NCBI GenBank assembly: GCA_049999805.1
Contig: JBNGIO010006224.1
Location: 158,895-204,360 of the forward strand
DNA: 45,466 nt
Source: Folioceros fuciformis
Taxonomy: Eukaryota
Reading direction: 5' to 3'
Numbering within the stretch: position 1 is the stretch's first letter; the number at the start of each line of letters is the position of its first letter. Made by a program: the position numbers and the translations under genes. The notes below the pieces were generated by a model that was given only the letters and a program-made list of their open reading frames with translations, had not been told where the DNA came from and made no database searches. Shown here piece by piece: positions 11,659-23,619 of the stretch.

Positions 11659-12339
11659 CAGCGCCGTTTATTGAGGTGAACCCTCGTTACATCTTTCCAC
11701 GACAAAACCATGGAAGGTGCTAGTCGACTCTTGTTACTCCGACTGCTTTTCGTTGTAGTGGATTGTTGGTGCCCTTGTGGCATAATCAGCGGCCTCTTTC
11801 TCGGGCACCTTCCACTGCTTGTCTGGGTTTCCCTTCGTTGTTCTCGAGTGTCACCACCTTGGCTGCTTCGTATGTAAATCGAGTTCTACGGATCTTTGAG
11901 GCAGGGGCAAAGGACAAGGTTGCAAGCCTGTTTTGAATGCTCTTTGAATCCGGCCCACATTTGTAACTAGGCTCCAAAAGCAGGTGACAATGGCTGATTT
12001 GAGCACTCTGCTATAAACATGCCCCGCCCCATAGTCTGCCTGCATACCCCCTTCGGACGAACGATAGGGAACTAATATAGTCCTTGCACACACCTACATT
12101 ACAGAAAGGTTCAGTGAAAGAGAAAATTTGGCATTGCAGTTTTGCACTCTGTGCAATGCTTCAATCTACTAGTTGAACAAGTTTGCACTATGCGTTGTAT
12201 ACCTTTTGAATGATTAGAATTCTAATATTGTTATGGCTTGGTTGGTAGGCAGGCTTACATTGAAACTCCATATCAAACATCATTTGGCGAATCAGTAGAT
12301 GGGGTGCCAAAATAAAGAGAACATTTTGAAACTTATGTC

Positions 12340-12800
12340 CCGTGGCCCTCGGCACCACCGAACGTCCGTATCCGGGCACAGGGATGGGTGCCCATGGCAC
12401 CCCATGGCCATCCTGAGATGCCATGGGCATGCCCAACGACTGACCCCATGGCCCATGCATGGTCACTGGATGGGCATGGGCATGTCCATGCTAGGGCATT
12501 TGGGGTGCCATGACAGATAGAGGGCCATTGGACATCGCGGACACGGGGATGCGTGCCCATGGCACCCACTAGCCTATGCATGGGCATCTGGAGATGCCAT
12601 GGGCATGCCCAAGGGCCAACCCCATGGCTCATGCATGGGCACCAAGATGGTCATGAGCATGTCCATGCTAGGGCATCATGGCATCAAGGGTTGACCCCAT
12701 GGCCCATGCATGGGCACCTGGATGGGCATGGGCATGTACATGCTAGGGCATTTGGGGTGCCATGCCGGGTGGAGGTCCACCGGACGTCCCGGGTGGCTCA
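12340..12800. repeat. CCATGG/GGGCATGCCC-rich complex tandem repeat
   Basis: Repeated blocks such as gtgcccatggcaccc, gagatgccatgggcatgcccaa and ccccatggcccatgcatgg...gatgggcatgggcatgtccatgctagggcat(ttggggtgccatg), 2-3 copies each. Confidence 0.85.
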
Positions 12801-13279
12801 TGCTAAACCTCCGGACAAAGGCTACGAGGCACAGCCTTTCAAGCACGTAGGCCCATCACAGCCATCCACCTTGCCCATGTTCCATGCATACCATGAGGCC
12901 ACCCGTCACGCACGCCGGTGCAACACCACCGGCTACCTCCCTTCTATTTCCCTACCTTATACATACGAGGACGTATCGCTACTCGGGATACATTTGAATG
13001 TAGAAATCAACTTACTTGCCTGTTACAGTAGCGAGGCGAAGTTTTCGTGTTCGCTCCAGTCGGGAGGCCAAGAAGCAACTTCGCGAAGCCTTTGTGCTCG
13101 CTTAGGTAGAGAGGCCAAGAGGCAACGCCACTAAGCATCCGTGCTTGCTCTAGTCGGGAGGCCACCAGGCATCACATGCAACACTCCGAGAATGAGAGGA
13201 ACGAGAGGAACTAGGTTTGGCGTGTATTGTTTCTTTTGGATTCCAACACGTTTTCTCCTCACCGCAATTGCAGATATAA

Positions 13280-13733
13280 GTCCATTATCTAAGGGATACA
13301 CTTGCAGACCTAATCCATGCACAAGATCTCGGGGTTGTCCATCATTATGTTGTGATCACAGTCCTTGTGGTGCAGTGTGACAAGCTTGTTCTGTATGAGG
13401 CTTGCCCCAGTTGTAATTTGAAGTTGTCTGCATTTGGCAGTTGTGGTTACTGCGAGGAGCATCTAGTGTTCAGAAAATTAAGCTTCCGACTATGTTTGAC
13501 AGTACAAGATGCAACATGTGAGGCACGAGTTGTGGCCTTTGAAGCAGCAAGGGATTTTTTTGTCTACGTCACCAATTCAGTATAGTACATTGCACAGGAA
13601 CAAGAAACGTGGTGAGTTGCTGGACAGACTGGTTGGGAAACGTTGGCGGTGTTCCTTTAGCACTATATCTCCCAAGAATGGTAGACCACCATACATTAGG
13701 GTGGACAAAGCTGAGGCAATAGTGCGACAGTAG
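13280..13733 (+). pseudogene. RPA70 C-terminal OB-fold/zinc-ribbon-like fragment with a frameshift
   Basis: LYEACPSCNLKL....CGYC....FRLCLTVQDATCEARVVAFEAARDF, continuing in another frame after a T run at ~13554-13561 as LSTSPIQY...ELLDRLVGKRWRCSF. Matches the RPA1 DBD-C pattern Y.AC..C.KK...C..C...L...I.D.T....V..F. No upstream ATG in frame. Confidence 0.7.
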
Positions 13734-13734
13734 T

Positions 13735-16700
13735 TGTTGCTTAGTGAGGCACTATCTCCTAAGACACCTCCCAACCAACCTATTCTCATGGAAGCTCCTT
13801 CTCAGGAACTGCCTGCAAAAACCAATTCAGCATCAAGATCAAATCAAGCTATTAGTAAGGTGGAGATAAATGTTCCATGTCCAACATTGTTTTTGCTTGG
13901 CTTCACTTTTGGAGCCATTCCTATGGCCTTGCTTGTGTTAGGGATGTGTAGAGTTAAATGTTGTGTCCGGGGTCACCGCGAGGCCGACACAAACCCTTTA
14001 TGTCGTTGTAACCATGGGATTCGCTCCCAAGGGAATGATTTGTCACTCTCCCCCCCCACACACACACACACATGCAATACTCACCCAGATGCAAAACACA
14101 TCAAAGGCTCTGATGTATTCTTATTCCTCACAAGCTTGTCGTGTAGGGTCTTTAGTCTTCTAGTAGCACCAACAAATCTCTAGCGAATCTTTCACAATCC
14201 TTTACAATCTCTCACTGGCTTCAACAATCTTCAACAGCCGCTCACAAACACTTTGAAATCTCTTAGAAATTCTCCAGGAATCACATCCAAACTACAGCAC
14301 TCTTTCTCAATCATCCTGCCAACTCTCAGCGATTCTCTTCCAGGGTCCAGCAACCTCGCAACGACCCCAGCAATCTCCCGTGGCCTCCTTAGCCTCTCAC
14401 CTCACTCTTCCGCAGCCAACGACTCTGGAAATAAGGGAAGGAGAGACACTCCCTCCACTCCACGTAGCGGGCGGATTTATCCCCCCCTCCTCAGCTTATA
14501 GCCGGTCAGTCTCCCTCTCACACATTCACTCCTTCACCCTTCTCCTTCTTACTCACTCACTCTTCATCTTCTCACACACACTCTTTGCCACCGCGTCGTC
14601 TCACACACTCTTTTCAGATTCAAAATGCAACCATAGGGTCAGGGAATAAGGGAAGGAGGAGCTCCCCTTCCACTCCGCGCAGCTGGCGGATTCGTTCCTC
14701 TCACCTTAGTTACAGGCCACAGTCAGTCGTTCAGGGAATAAGGGAAAGAGAAGTTCTTCTTTTCGTCCCCCTCAGTTTCCAATGCAGAGCACAACGAGTG
14801 ATTCGGGGAATAAGGGAAGGTGACCTTCCATTGTGAAGAGAATTTGTTGATTTGTCCCCCTCACCACCAGCTGTGGAGCAAAGCTTTCGACCACCCTCAG
14901 GAGCGTCGTGCACACGCTGCCCACCCAGACATCTCCAATCCAGCGATGGATAGAGCGGGAACCTCGGTCGGGATGAGTCGCCAACTTTTGTTGCTTAGTG
15001 AGGCATCAACAAGCCTCTTTGTACACATGCCGGGTGGGATCGTAGCCAGCATTAAGTTCAGTCTCAAGCAGTTAGGCGCTCTTAATTACGAGCGGCATCA
15101 GGTCCAAGAAAGCATCTTCACCATATTGTACTAAATGCTATTCTAAGATGCAATGAATTATGGCCTATCCTATCACCGCGCTCGCCTCATATCCGGCCTT
15201 CGCGTACCCCTCCCTCGGCCGCCAAACCCCCGGGCCCTCCTTCCTCTTAGCTGGTCAGGCAGATCCTCCCATAAAACCTCTATCTTGCTCTCGCTGCCGC
15301 CTGACTTCTCCTGTTGAGGCATGGGTGGGGTCTGCTGAGGGGTCTTTCCCCCACCTTCCGGCCGCCTGACTGTTGCTGAGGACCATCACGGGTTCTTGCT
15401 CCACCCATGCCTGTGCTTCTTTCTCCGTCAGTTCCTCCAAGACTGCCTCCGAATAACAAGGAGGCAGTCCCCACACCTGGAAGTAGTGGGAGAGGCATCC
15501 CCCGCGAGTCCTCAGTTATAGGCAGTAAGCCTTTGTCCCTCCTATTTCCACACGCACATGGACATTCAGGTTAAGTACGCGGTCCCCATTCACATAGAGG
15601 CCAGGAATATAAGTTTCCTCATCCAGATGATATAATACAATTTGGCCTTCTGCTGCAGATGAGGTGCTTACCCCCTCCTTCCATGGGCTACTCCGAACTG
15701 CCCTTCTTCTGCTCTCTAAGGGTATTGGGGAATCCTCTGCTCCTCTGGCTGCCGCTGTTCCTAGCCCCGTCCTCCTGGTGCGGGTCGTCATCCCAGCTCT
15801 TTCGGTTGTGGGCTTCACGACTGTTGCTGCTTCCTCTACCCTAGTAGGGCTGTCCTCTCCTGGCGTGGTCTCCCTCTGACCGGTAGCGGCTTCGGCTACC
15901 TCGATCGCGAACCTACTACTCCGTTTAGCTTTCCCTTTTCCTTTTACCCAGCTCCGGGCCTCATCCCGTTCCAATTTATACCGATCCACGAGCTTCTGGA
16001 CCTTCTCCATTGCAGCCGCCTCCTGCTCCTATGCCCTCATCAGCTCCTGTTGCATTTCCTGGTTGGCTTCGTGGATCTCCTTGACTTGAGTTAGGAGCAG
16101 TTCTTACTGATCTTTCATGGCCTGCATTTCCTCTCGAGCTCAGCATACTTCCTCATGTGCCTGTTCCTTTGCTGCACTCAAGGTCTATCGAGCTTCCTCC
16201 AATTGCTCGCGCCTTGCTTCCGCCTTAGACAGCTTGGCCTGCACCTCCTCTTCTTTCTGCCCCTGCATGCTCAGCCAAGTGAGCGACTGTGCAACCTAGT
16301 CCAGCATGTCCACCCGCACCCGAACCATGGCCACTATCACGCTTGGTAAATCCACCTGTTGGGGCGCGCCTCCAGTAGCCATGCCTCTGTCTAGGATCCC
16401 CCTTCCCAGTAGTGTACGTACCCTGGCCAAATCCTCCATCTGCAAATTCACCACCAAGGGGGTGGCCCTGAAGATCTCTTCTCACCCCGAAAAGAGTTCT
16501 TCCCCCGGGGTCAGCCCTAACTTCTCTGCCACCTCAGCCGGTTTCGCCCCCTCCACTGGCGCTGAATCTTTGGGTTCGGTTGAGGAGGTGCCCGGTTGCC
16601 TGTTACCTGTTTTTTGGGTAGACTGCTGCAGTGCCGAATCCACTGCTGCCCTGGTGACGCGCGTATGGACCTTCATTTTCTTCGCGGGGGTCTTCCTCCC

Positions 16701-17330
16701 AACCCTTGCCTTCCTCTTTATGCTGACGGTCACCTCTTCTTCCAAACTCCCCATTGCTGCAGACTCCCAGCTGCTGGACTCAGCCTCCTCCTTGGGCTCC
16801 TCTAGCTTCCACTTAACCTCCCAAACAGGCTTCCACATGTGCAGAGAAGCCACCACTTCTAACTCTGGCAGGCTGTTAGTATAGGAATACGGATGGACCA
16901 GGAAGGGTGAGATCAGAGACGGAGGAGGGGTTGGAGAAGTCAAATTCTGCCTCTCCTCATTCAACTGATTGAAGATAATTTTCCTCCAATCAATCGTGCT
17001 CCCCTTGACTACTTCGTGCAGGAACAACAGCATGTGGTCCGACAAGTAGTCTTGCTTCCTGTGCTGCAAAAAGCTTTGGAGCCACCTGGCCAGACCCATG
17101 AGCTGGGCAGTCGCTATCTTCCGCGCCAGCTCGCTGTTGGCCTCCCTTCCGATTCCAGTTTTGAATAGCGCCGCTGCCGCCGCCGTGATGCTGCGCTTCC
17201 TCAGGGACTGGATCATGAGTCCCTCGACTTCCTCCTGACTCCGCCCATACACCGTCCTGACCAGCTCTACGTCCTAGTCCTAGGGTCTCTCCTTGGTCCC
17301 TTCTGTTTTGGTCCTGTTTCGTGCACACTC
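13735..17330 (-). mobile_element. Degenerate LTR-retrotransposon-derived region (Ty3/Gypsy, possibly Tat-like): PBS-like site, internal repeats and broken accessory ORF
   Basis: On the minus strand ...AAGCAACA is followed by aaagtTGGCGACTC (PBS-like, 14983-14975). Four gga(a)ataagggaa repeats lie at 14427-14818. Broken ORFs at 15255-17252 (IDWRKIIFNQL...SLISPFLVHPY plus a coiled coil) resemble accessory ORFs of non-seed-plant Gypsy elements. No gag/pol seen. Confidence 0.45.
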
Positions 17331-17779
17331 CTGCACCAAATCACCAAGTCATTACTTGTGCGCTGAGGAACAATGAATTCATTAGAGTAGAAATAAGAAG
17401 AGAGAAAGAGATCGTTCATGGCAGCAACAAAATACCTCAAACGTTTGGAAGGCAGTAGCAAATCATAGTATAGGAGGACAATATAATTGTCTGTTGCAAG
17501 GGTGAGTGTGCACAATGGTTTGCTGAGAGGGCTCAATCTGCACTGTGGTCAATTGCAATCATCGAACCAACACCTTGGTTTGTTTCAATGCTGATAATCA
17601 TATTTTGGCACAAGCATGGCAGCAATTGAAGCTAACCACAATGAACTCAGATGCACATTCCAAACCCAAGCATCCACACACTCTTAATCGTTTTCACGAT
17701 TGTGGAGGTATAACAATGGCTGGATAGCGGGCACAGCCACTGCTACAATAGCAAGTGCTTGTAAACATTTTAGTACAGT

Positions 17780-18352
17780 TCTAACTCCAGCCCCAGCGCC
17801 TACAAATTATAGTCCAGCTCTTGCAAATTATAGTTCAGCCCCTACAAATTACAGTCCATCTCCAGCTTCAGCACTTGCAAATTACTGTCCAGCTCCACCT
17901 CTACTTGCAAATTATAGTCTAGCTCCAAGCTGCTAAAGCTGAGGCGCATCCAAACTACAGTCCAGCTCCAAGTTGCTNNNNNNNNNNGCACGTGCAAACT
18001 ACAGTCAAGCTCCAAGTTGCTAAAGCTGAGGCGCGTCCAAACTACAGTCCAGCTCCAAGTTGCTAAAGCTGAAGCGCATGCAAACTACAATCCAGCTCCA
18101 AGCTGCTAAAGTTGAGGCACATGCAAACTACAGTCAAGCTCCAAGTTGCTAAAGCTGAGGCGCATGCAAACTACAGTCCAGCTCCAAGCTGCTAAAGTTG
18201 AGGCAAGTGCAAACTACAGTCAAGCTCCAAGTTGCTAAAGCTGAGGCGAGTGCAAACTACAGTCCAGCTCCAAGCTGCTAAAGCTGAGGCACGTGCAAAC
18301 TACAATCCAGCTCCAAGCTGCTAAAGTTGAGGCACGTGCAAACCACAGTCAA
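17780..18352. repeat. 43-bp minisatellite (~10-11 copies) preceded by shorter related units
   Basis: Unit caaactacagtccagctccaagttgctaaagctgaggcgcatg starts at 17995, 18038, 18081, 18124...18339. No unique spacers. Confidence 0.95.
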
Positions 18353-18447
18353 CTTTCAACAAGTAAGCATATTGGGTTATGGATGCATGCTATGGCAGTG
18401 GTACTACCAGTGTGATAGCTTTGCTCAACAGGAGAAATTGTGTTACT

Positions 18448-18727
18448 ATAGAAGAGGACACCAGATGAATGACATACATTTCTCATCAATGGACATGAGG
18501 TCCTCTTGGATGAAGTGGAAGAATTGTCTTTCCAATAGAAGAGGACACCAAATGAATGGCATACATTTATTAGCACATCAATGGACATGAGGTCCTCTTG
18601 GATGAAGTGGAAGAATTGTCTTTCCAGGCTTATTGCATGGACCGTTCTAAAGGAAGGAAAAAGAGGTATTCATTAGCATCGCAAATGGGGGAAGGAAAAA
18701 GAGGTATTCATTAGCATTGCAAATGGG
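18448..18727. repeat. Two local tandem duplications (~89 bp and ~37 bp units)
   Basis: tagaagaggacacca...gaagaattgtctttcca occurs twice; ggaaggaaaaagaggtattcattagcat.gcaaatggg occurs twice. Confidence 0.85.
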
Positions 18728-19634
18728 AGGAGGGTGCAAGTCGTAGCATTGAGCAAACAAAAGGCAGGAAGTTTGGCAGGCGCTTCATCTGAAATAGGCC
18801 AACTCCCTCTTGATGACATTTGGATGGGCATAAAAGATGCCTCGGAAAGAGGTTGGGATTTTGCATTGGGAGAAAAGGCTAGCCTAGAGGTGGTTGACAA
18901 TTTCAAGTATGGGGAGGAGTAGAGATTACGTTACATTTAGGTAGCATATGCCTCTATGTCTAGCATAGATGCCAATTGGGAGACACCTATATATTCAGCC
19001 ATTTGACTCACATGGGTTGTGAACTTTTACACAATGCATTTATGGCTACATGTTGGCACAAGTTTTTTGATATTTTGCTTCAATCATCCTAGAATATGAG
19101 TTCCCTACCACATAGACCCTAGGATTCATTGGCTAGGCATTGGCCAACTAATGCCCTAGTTAGTCCTAACACCACACACCCTAAATGCTCGAATCCAGGT
19201 TTCCTAATGTATCTTCACTTCATGGTCACAAGTTGTTTGTTCCATGACNNNNNNNNNNTAATGTATCTTCACTTCATGGTCACAAGTTGTTTGTTCCATG
19301 ACAACACGGGTACCAGATCAGAGAACAATGTGGTTTTGTGATAAACGAGAGAATAGTCTTGTTTTATGATAAAGACAGCTATCCCAGTAGAAGGGGGGTT
19401 CTTTAATTCTCCTTTTCAAAGAAAAGGCACAAGTTGGAGAGTTGGGGTTTGGTGTAGACTCATTTAAAAGTCTTGCAAAATGCTTCAAGAATTAACATTT
19501 CAAGTATGCTCGAGTAATGACCATCAAATTTTGCTATGGGCCAATATCACTAAGAAACTCTAATTTATAAAAGGAGTTTAGGTACACATTGGTGAAACTT
19601 AGAGATACTTCCATTTGGCGAAATACTATGGACC

Positions 19635-19830
19635 GCATCAAGTTAGATGACCTTGTCGACGATGTCATGTTAGATAACCTTGGCTACAACCTCAAGTCAG
19701 ATGACCCTGTAGATGACCCCGTCACATCATGACCACATGTGACCCTATCAAGTTAGACAAGCTCATCATGCCATGAATACCCTGTCATGACCATGCTGTC
19801 AAGTCAGATGACCCTGTCAGGTTAGGACAA
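19635..19830. repeat. Degenerate short tandem repeats (tcaagttagatgacc), probably TE-derived
   Basis: Motif recurs near 19638, 19692, 19748 and 19799. Confidence 0.6.
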
Positions 19831-20897
19831 TACTGTCTAGTTATGACAACACCTTCAAGTAATGACGGATAGAGATAGGGCAGGCCACGAACCCTGAAGT
19901 GGCCGATAGAGATGGGGCCGAGCTGGGCCTGGCTGAGCACCGTCCAATGAGGCACAAAAAAAGGGCAAGCAAGCCGAAACCATGGGGAATTGGCAGTGCA
20001 AAGGACAAAGGACATGACACGCTTACGTAATGATGTCATCCTCTTGGGTTAGAGTAGGCGCGTAGGAAATATAAGAATTGACATTTAAGAAACCTCGGGT
20101 GAAGAATCAATGGATGTTTGAAACACGACAGTCTCAAGTACTTATGACACCCTCAAATAATGACAGTTTGAGAAGACGTGTAAGACGAAGATTCGCCGTT
20201 TGAGATGGATATGCTTTGAAAACTTGACATTCTCTAAGGGTGAAGAATTGTCGTTTGAAACACGACACTCTAACATCATGACCGGTAAACTTACTGTGGC
20301 CTGTATACCCGCTAAACTTCTTAATGCTTCCATTCTAACCTATAAACTTGCTATGGGCCATATCTCTAGTTGTTCATGACTGGACAAGCGCTTGAAAGAC
20401 ATAGATGTATCAAACAAAGTGAACTCTTGTGCAAGGGACTCTTGGATGACAGGATGACCTAGGTGCAAACGACGGGGTCATTCGGTGAATGACAGTCATA
20501 TGAGTTCAAAGAAGGGAGTAGGGACGTGGCATGGACTGGTGGGCCTTGCCATGTCAGATCGTTCCAGCGCCGCCGTGCTGAGCAAATTTCACCTGGTCGC
20601 TCTCACAGTGGGAGTGCGGGCTGGTGGGAGTATGTACGCAGTGACGCGCTGCTGGCCTGCTATGTCTGGTGCGCCAGCCCGTCAAACCTTTCAGCCCGTC
20701 ACTTACGGCTGAGTTGCCCCGCCCTGGCCTCGCCGCAATCGGCTTTCCCTTCCATTGTGCCCGCTGGTTGTGCAAGGGTGAGAGCGGGAAAGGAAGGAAG
20801 GAGGAAGACGCTGGCCAGATATCTGCTCATTGCTCATCGGCAGATCTGAGGTTGCCAAGTCCTGAAGCGCTGCGCGTAGAGCCCGGCCACGGACACC

Positions 20898-22120
20898 ATG
20901 TCTGCGCCAACCAGCTCCGAGCATCCAAGGTAAGTGTACTTTGCGGCTGCCGCTGGTTCTTTTGCGAAGCCTGCAAGCACACTCATTGCACTGCGCAATG
21001 CAATGCGCTGTGAAAATGAGTGTGGGACGCGGTTTGGACGTCGTGTGGTGCAGAGTCGATGAAACTGGAGACGGCATGGTGAGTGCACAGAACGTGTGTC
21101 CAATCCAGCCGGGAGACTTGAAGTTGGGAATGGCGCGGCTGCTGCGGAACAAAGAGACCGGACGACTGGTGTACATGGCAGTGCACACCAAGTTTGCCAA
21201 CCTTTTTCTGACTGTGCTGAGCGTGAAGACTAACATTTTGATGCTAATCTTTGACGAGTCCACGTATCTCCCGCCGGTCGGGGCTATGATGAACGTGGTC
21301 CACTCTATGCGAAGAAATTTTGCACCGCCAATTGGAAACCAGCTGCAGGCTAACGGCAACGGAACTGTTCAGGAAGGTGAGCCGGTGAAAGAGGCCGACG
21401 AAGATGTGCCGAGTCCGCCTCCAACGCTGGCAGAGAACAGCGGTGCTGCTGCTGCTGCTGCTGTTGTTGACGGGAACAACAGGAAGGTTTGCAGGAAGAG
21501 GAAAGCTGTCATGCCGATTGACAAGCACGTCCCAGTGGTGGCCAATCGGGTTAAACCGAAAAGGTCCGCGGCGGACCAGCGGCTGTGGCACTTGCACATC
21601 TACAACATGCTTATGTGGCAACAGCATTTGGAGCTCCACAAGATGGAAAGTAAGCAGTACCGGTGTCCCAATGCCACTACGCAACAGACCTGCGCCATTC
21701 TGGTGTCGGACGTCAAAGGGAAGATTTGCATGCAGTGCGGAGCGATGATGTCGGTAGAAGTGGTGCCTCATAATGGGCTCGTGCTTGTGAAAGGCGCAAC
21801 TTCTGTGTTATTTACGCATGAGCTAGTGCCCATCCCGATGAGAAACGAGAATTCGTTTACGGAGATGGTGGCGAAGAAGACTGGCCTCCCGGATCTGGCC
21901 AAGATAGAGATTTGTGACATAACTGTTGGGGTTGAACAGGTTCATTTTGCTTCTCCTTCACTTGTAGAACCTGACCGCCCTTCCGCGTCCTTAACTTGTT
22001 TCCGTCTCGGTGTGGCAGGTATTGAGAATGGCTCATGCAGCAATGACGTCATGCACTCCGCTGCAAGATGTTTTCGGCGCCATACAAGAGGGCTTCAGAA
22101 ACCCATTTGAACAGACTTGA
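20898..22120 (+). CDS. DUF674-family protein, copy 2 (3 exons, 339 aa)
   Basis: Exons 20898-20929, 21054-21939 and 22019-22120. Same motifs as copy 1, plus a GCT-repeat poly-Ala stretch near 21445. Confidence 0.8.
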
Positions 22121-22374
22121 CGCCCGCGATGGATCAAATGCGCAACTTGTGAGCACCGTGTATTGGTCATTAACTTATGGATATGCTAGTGAACAGAGAG
22201 TTCGAGAATTCACCGGAGAACTCCAAGGCTGTTTTGGTCTGAATATCTTAGCCCATACTACCGTACTCTCGGCTTCTACTTGGCTGCCCTAGTAGCCTGT
22301 GAAAATATACTGTCTTAGACTTTGTCTGGCCGTTCTGTCTCTGTTGGCCTTGACCCGAGGTGTTGTTTTGGAAG

Positions 22375-22812
22375 CAGTCTGTCCCAAGGCTGCATACTGT
22401 ATGTCGTTGCAACATCTGGTCTGGTCGTGTTCCTGCATCTCACACTGCCCATCGCTCATATCTCGGCCCCATTTCATTCCGTTTTTCAAGAGTTTTGTCG
22501 TCACTTCATCCGGGGACACGCTGTAAGACATCCGCTGGTGGGACCTAAGCTGGCTATTTGTTACCTCTAAGGTTGTGTCGTAGAGGAATGTTCGTGTGTC
22601 CTAAGGACACCGCGGCATTGTAGAGAAGATTCTTGGGATCTCTGTGCTTTGCGTGATGCCCAAGCCATGAGGAGTGAGTGTCAATCCAACCATCGTTTTC
22701 CGCTCCAAGAGGTGCCACTGGTGCTACCATTCGTCAGGCTGCGTCCTTTCTCCCCATCCTTCGTTAGGGGCAATTTTCCCCAGTAAAGATTAAGACAGCC
22801 CAAGAGTGTCAG
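22375..22812 (-). pseudogene. Second frameshifted Lsi2 central-loop fragment
   Basis: Similar to 11200-11658 and 36370-36830 (cccaaggctgcat, tcacttcatccggggacac, agaggtgccactgg, caattttccccagtaaag). Remnant peptide SVSPDEVTT. Confidence 0.85.
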
Positions 22813-23619
22813 CGCCGTTTATTGAACTGAAACCGCGTTACCTCTTTCCACGACAAAATCGTGGAAAGTGCCAGTCGAATCCTGTCATTCCGACCGTTCT
22901 TTTTTGTAGTAGATTGGTGGTGCCTCTGTGGCACCATCACCGGCCTCTTTTTCGGGCGCCTTCCACTGCTTGTCTGGGTTTCCCTTCGTTGTCCTCGAGT
23001 GTCACCAACCTTGGCTGCTACGTATGTAAATCAAGTCCTACGGATCTCTGAGGCAGGGGCAAAGGCCATGGTTACGAGCCTGTTTTGAATGCTCTTTGAA
23101 TCCGGCCCACATATGTAACTAGGCTTCGAAAGCAGGTGACAATTGCTGATTTGAGCATTCTGCAATAAAAATGCCCCGCCCGATAGTCTGCCTTCATACC
23201 TCTTCGGACGAAGGATAGGGAACCAATTTTGTCTTTGCACACACCTACATTACAGAAAGTTCAAGTGACAGACCAAATTTGGCATTGCAGTTTTGGGACT
23301 CTCTGCAATGCTTCAATCTAACAGTATGCAAACACGTCGAGATACGGATCAGCCTAAATGGCTAGTGTCCTACTCAACTTGCACAGGAACTACGCAGATA
23401 ACTCACCCCTCCCCTCCATGGTTGGTGAGGCTACACTGTATGGCTGTAGGAGCAGCCATACAGCCTGCTTCACTTCGTGGGATGAGAAGAAACAACAGCC
23501 CGGCTGCCGTGGATTGTTATTGTGGTGCTCATCCACAACAGCCTCACACTCACATACATGATCACCAACGAGTAGCAGATCACCCGATCATCCAAAACCC
23601 TAAACCCTAAACCCTTGAA

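Larger units (their letters stand above)
9345..12170. repeat. Segmental duplication unit A (paralogous to 20545-23320): upstream region + DUF674 gene + Lsi2 fragment + unknown segment
   Basis: Colinear similarity from ccagcgccgccgt..gagcaaatttcacctggtcgctctca through ctctgtgcaatgcttcaatcta in both copies. Confidence 0.9.
20545..23320. repeat. Segmental duplication unit B (paralogous to 9345-12170)
   Basis: Colinear similarity over upstream region, gene, introns and downstream region. Confidence 0.9.

Noticed and set aside
12553..13134. 193-aa His/Gly/Pro-rich ORF
   Set aside because: By-product of the stop-poor CCATGG repeat, which is open in several frames on both strands
17908..18352. CRISPR-like array
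   Set aside because: Units are contiguous 43-mers with no unique spacers, there are no cas genes, and the context is eukaryotic
19205..19302. 44-bp direct repeat
   Set aside because: Identical copies flank a 10-N gap, so this is most likely an unmerged contig overlap
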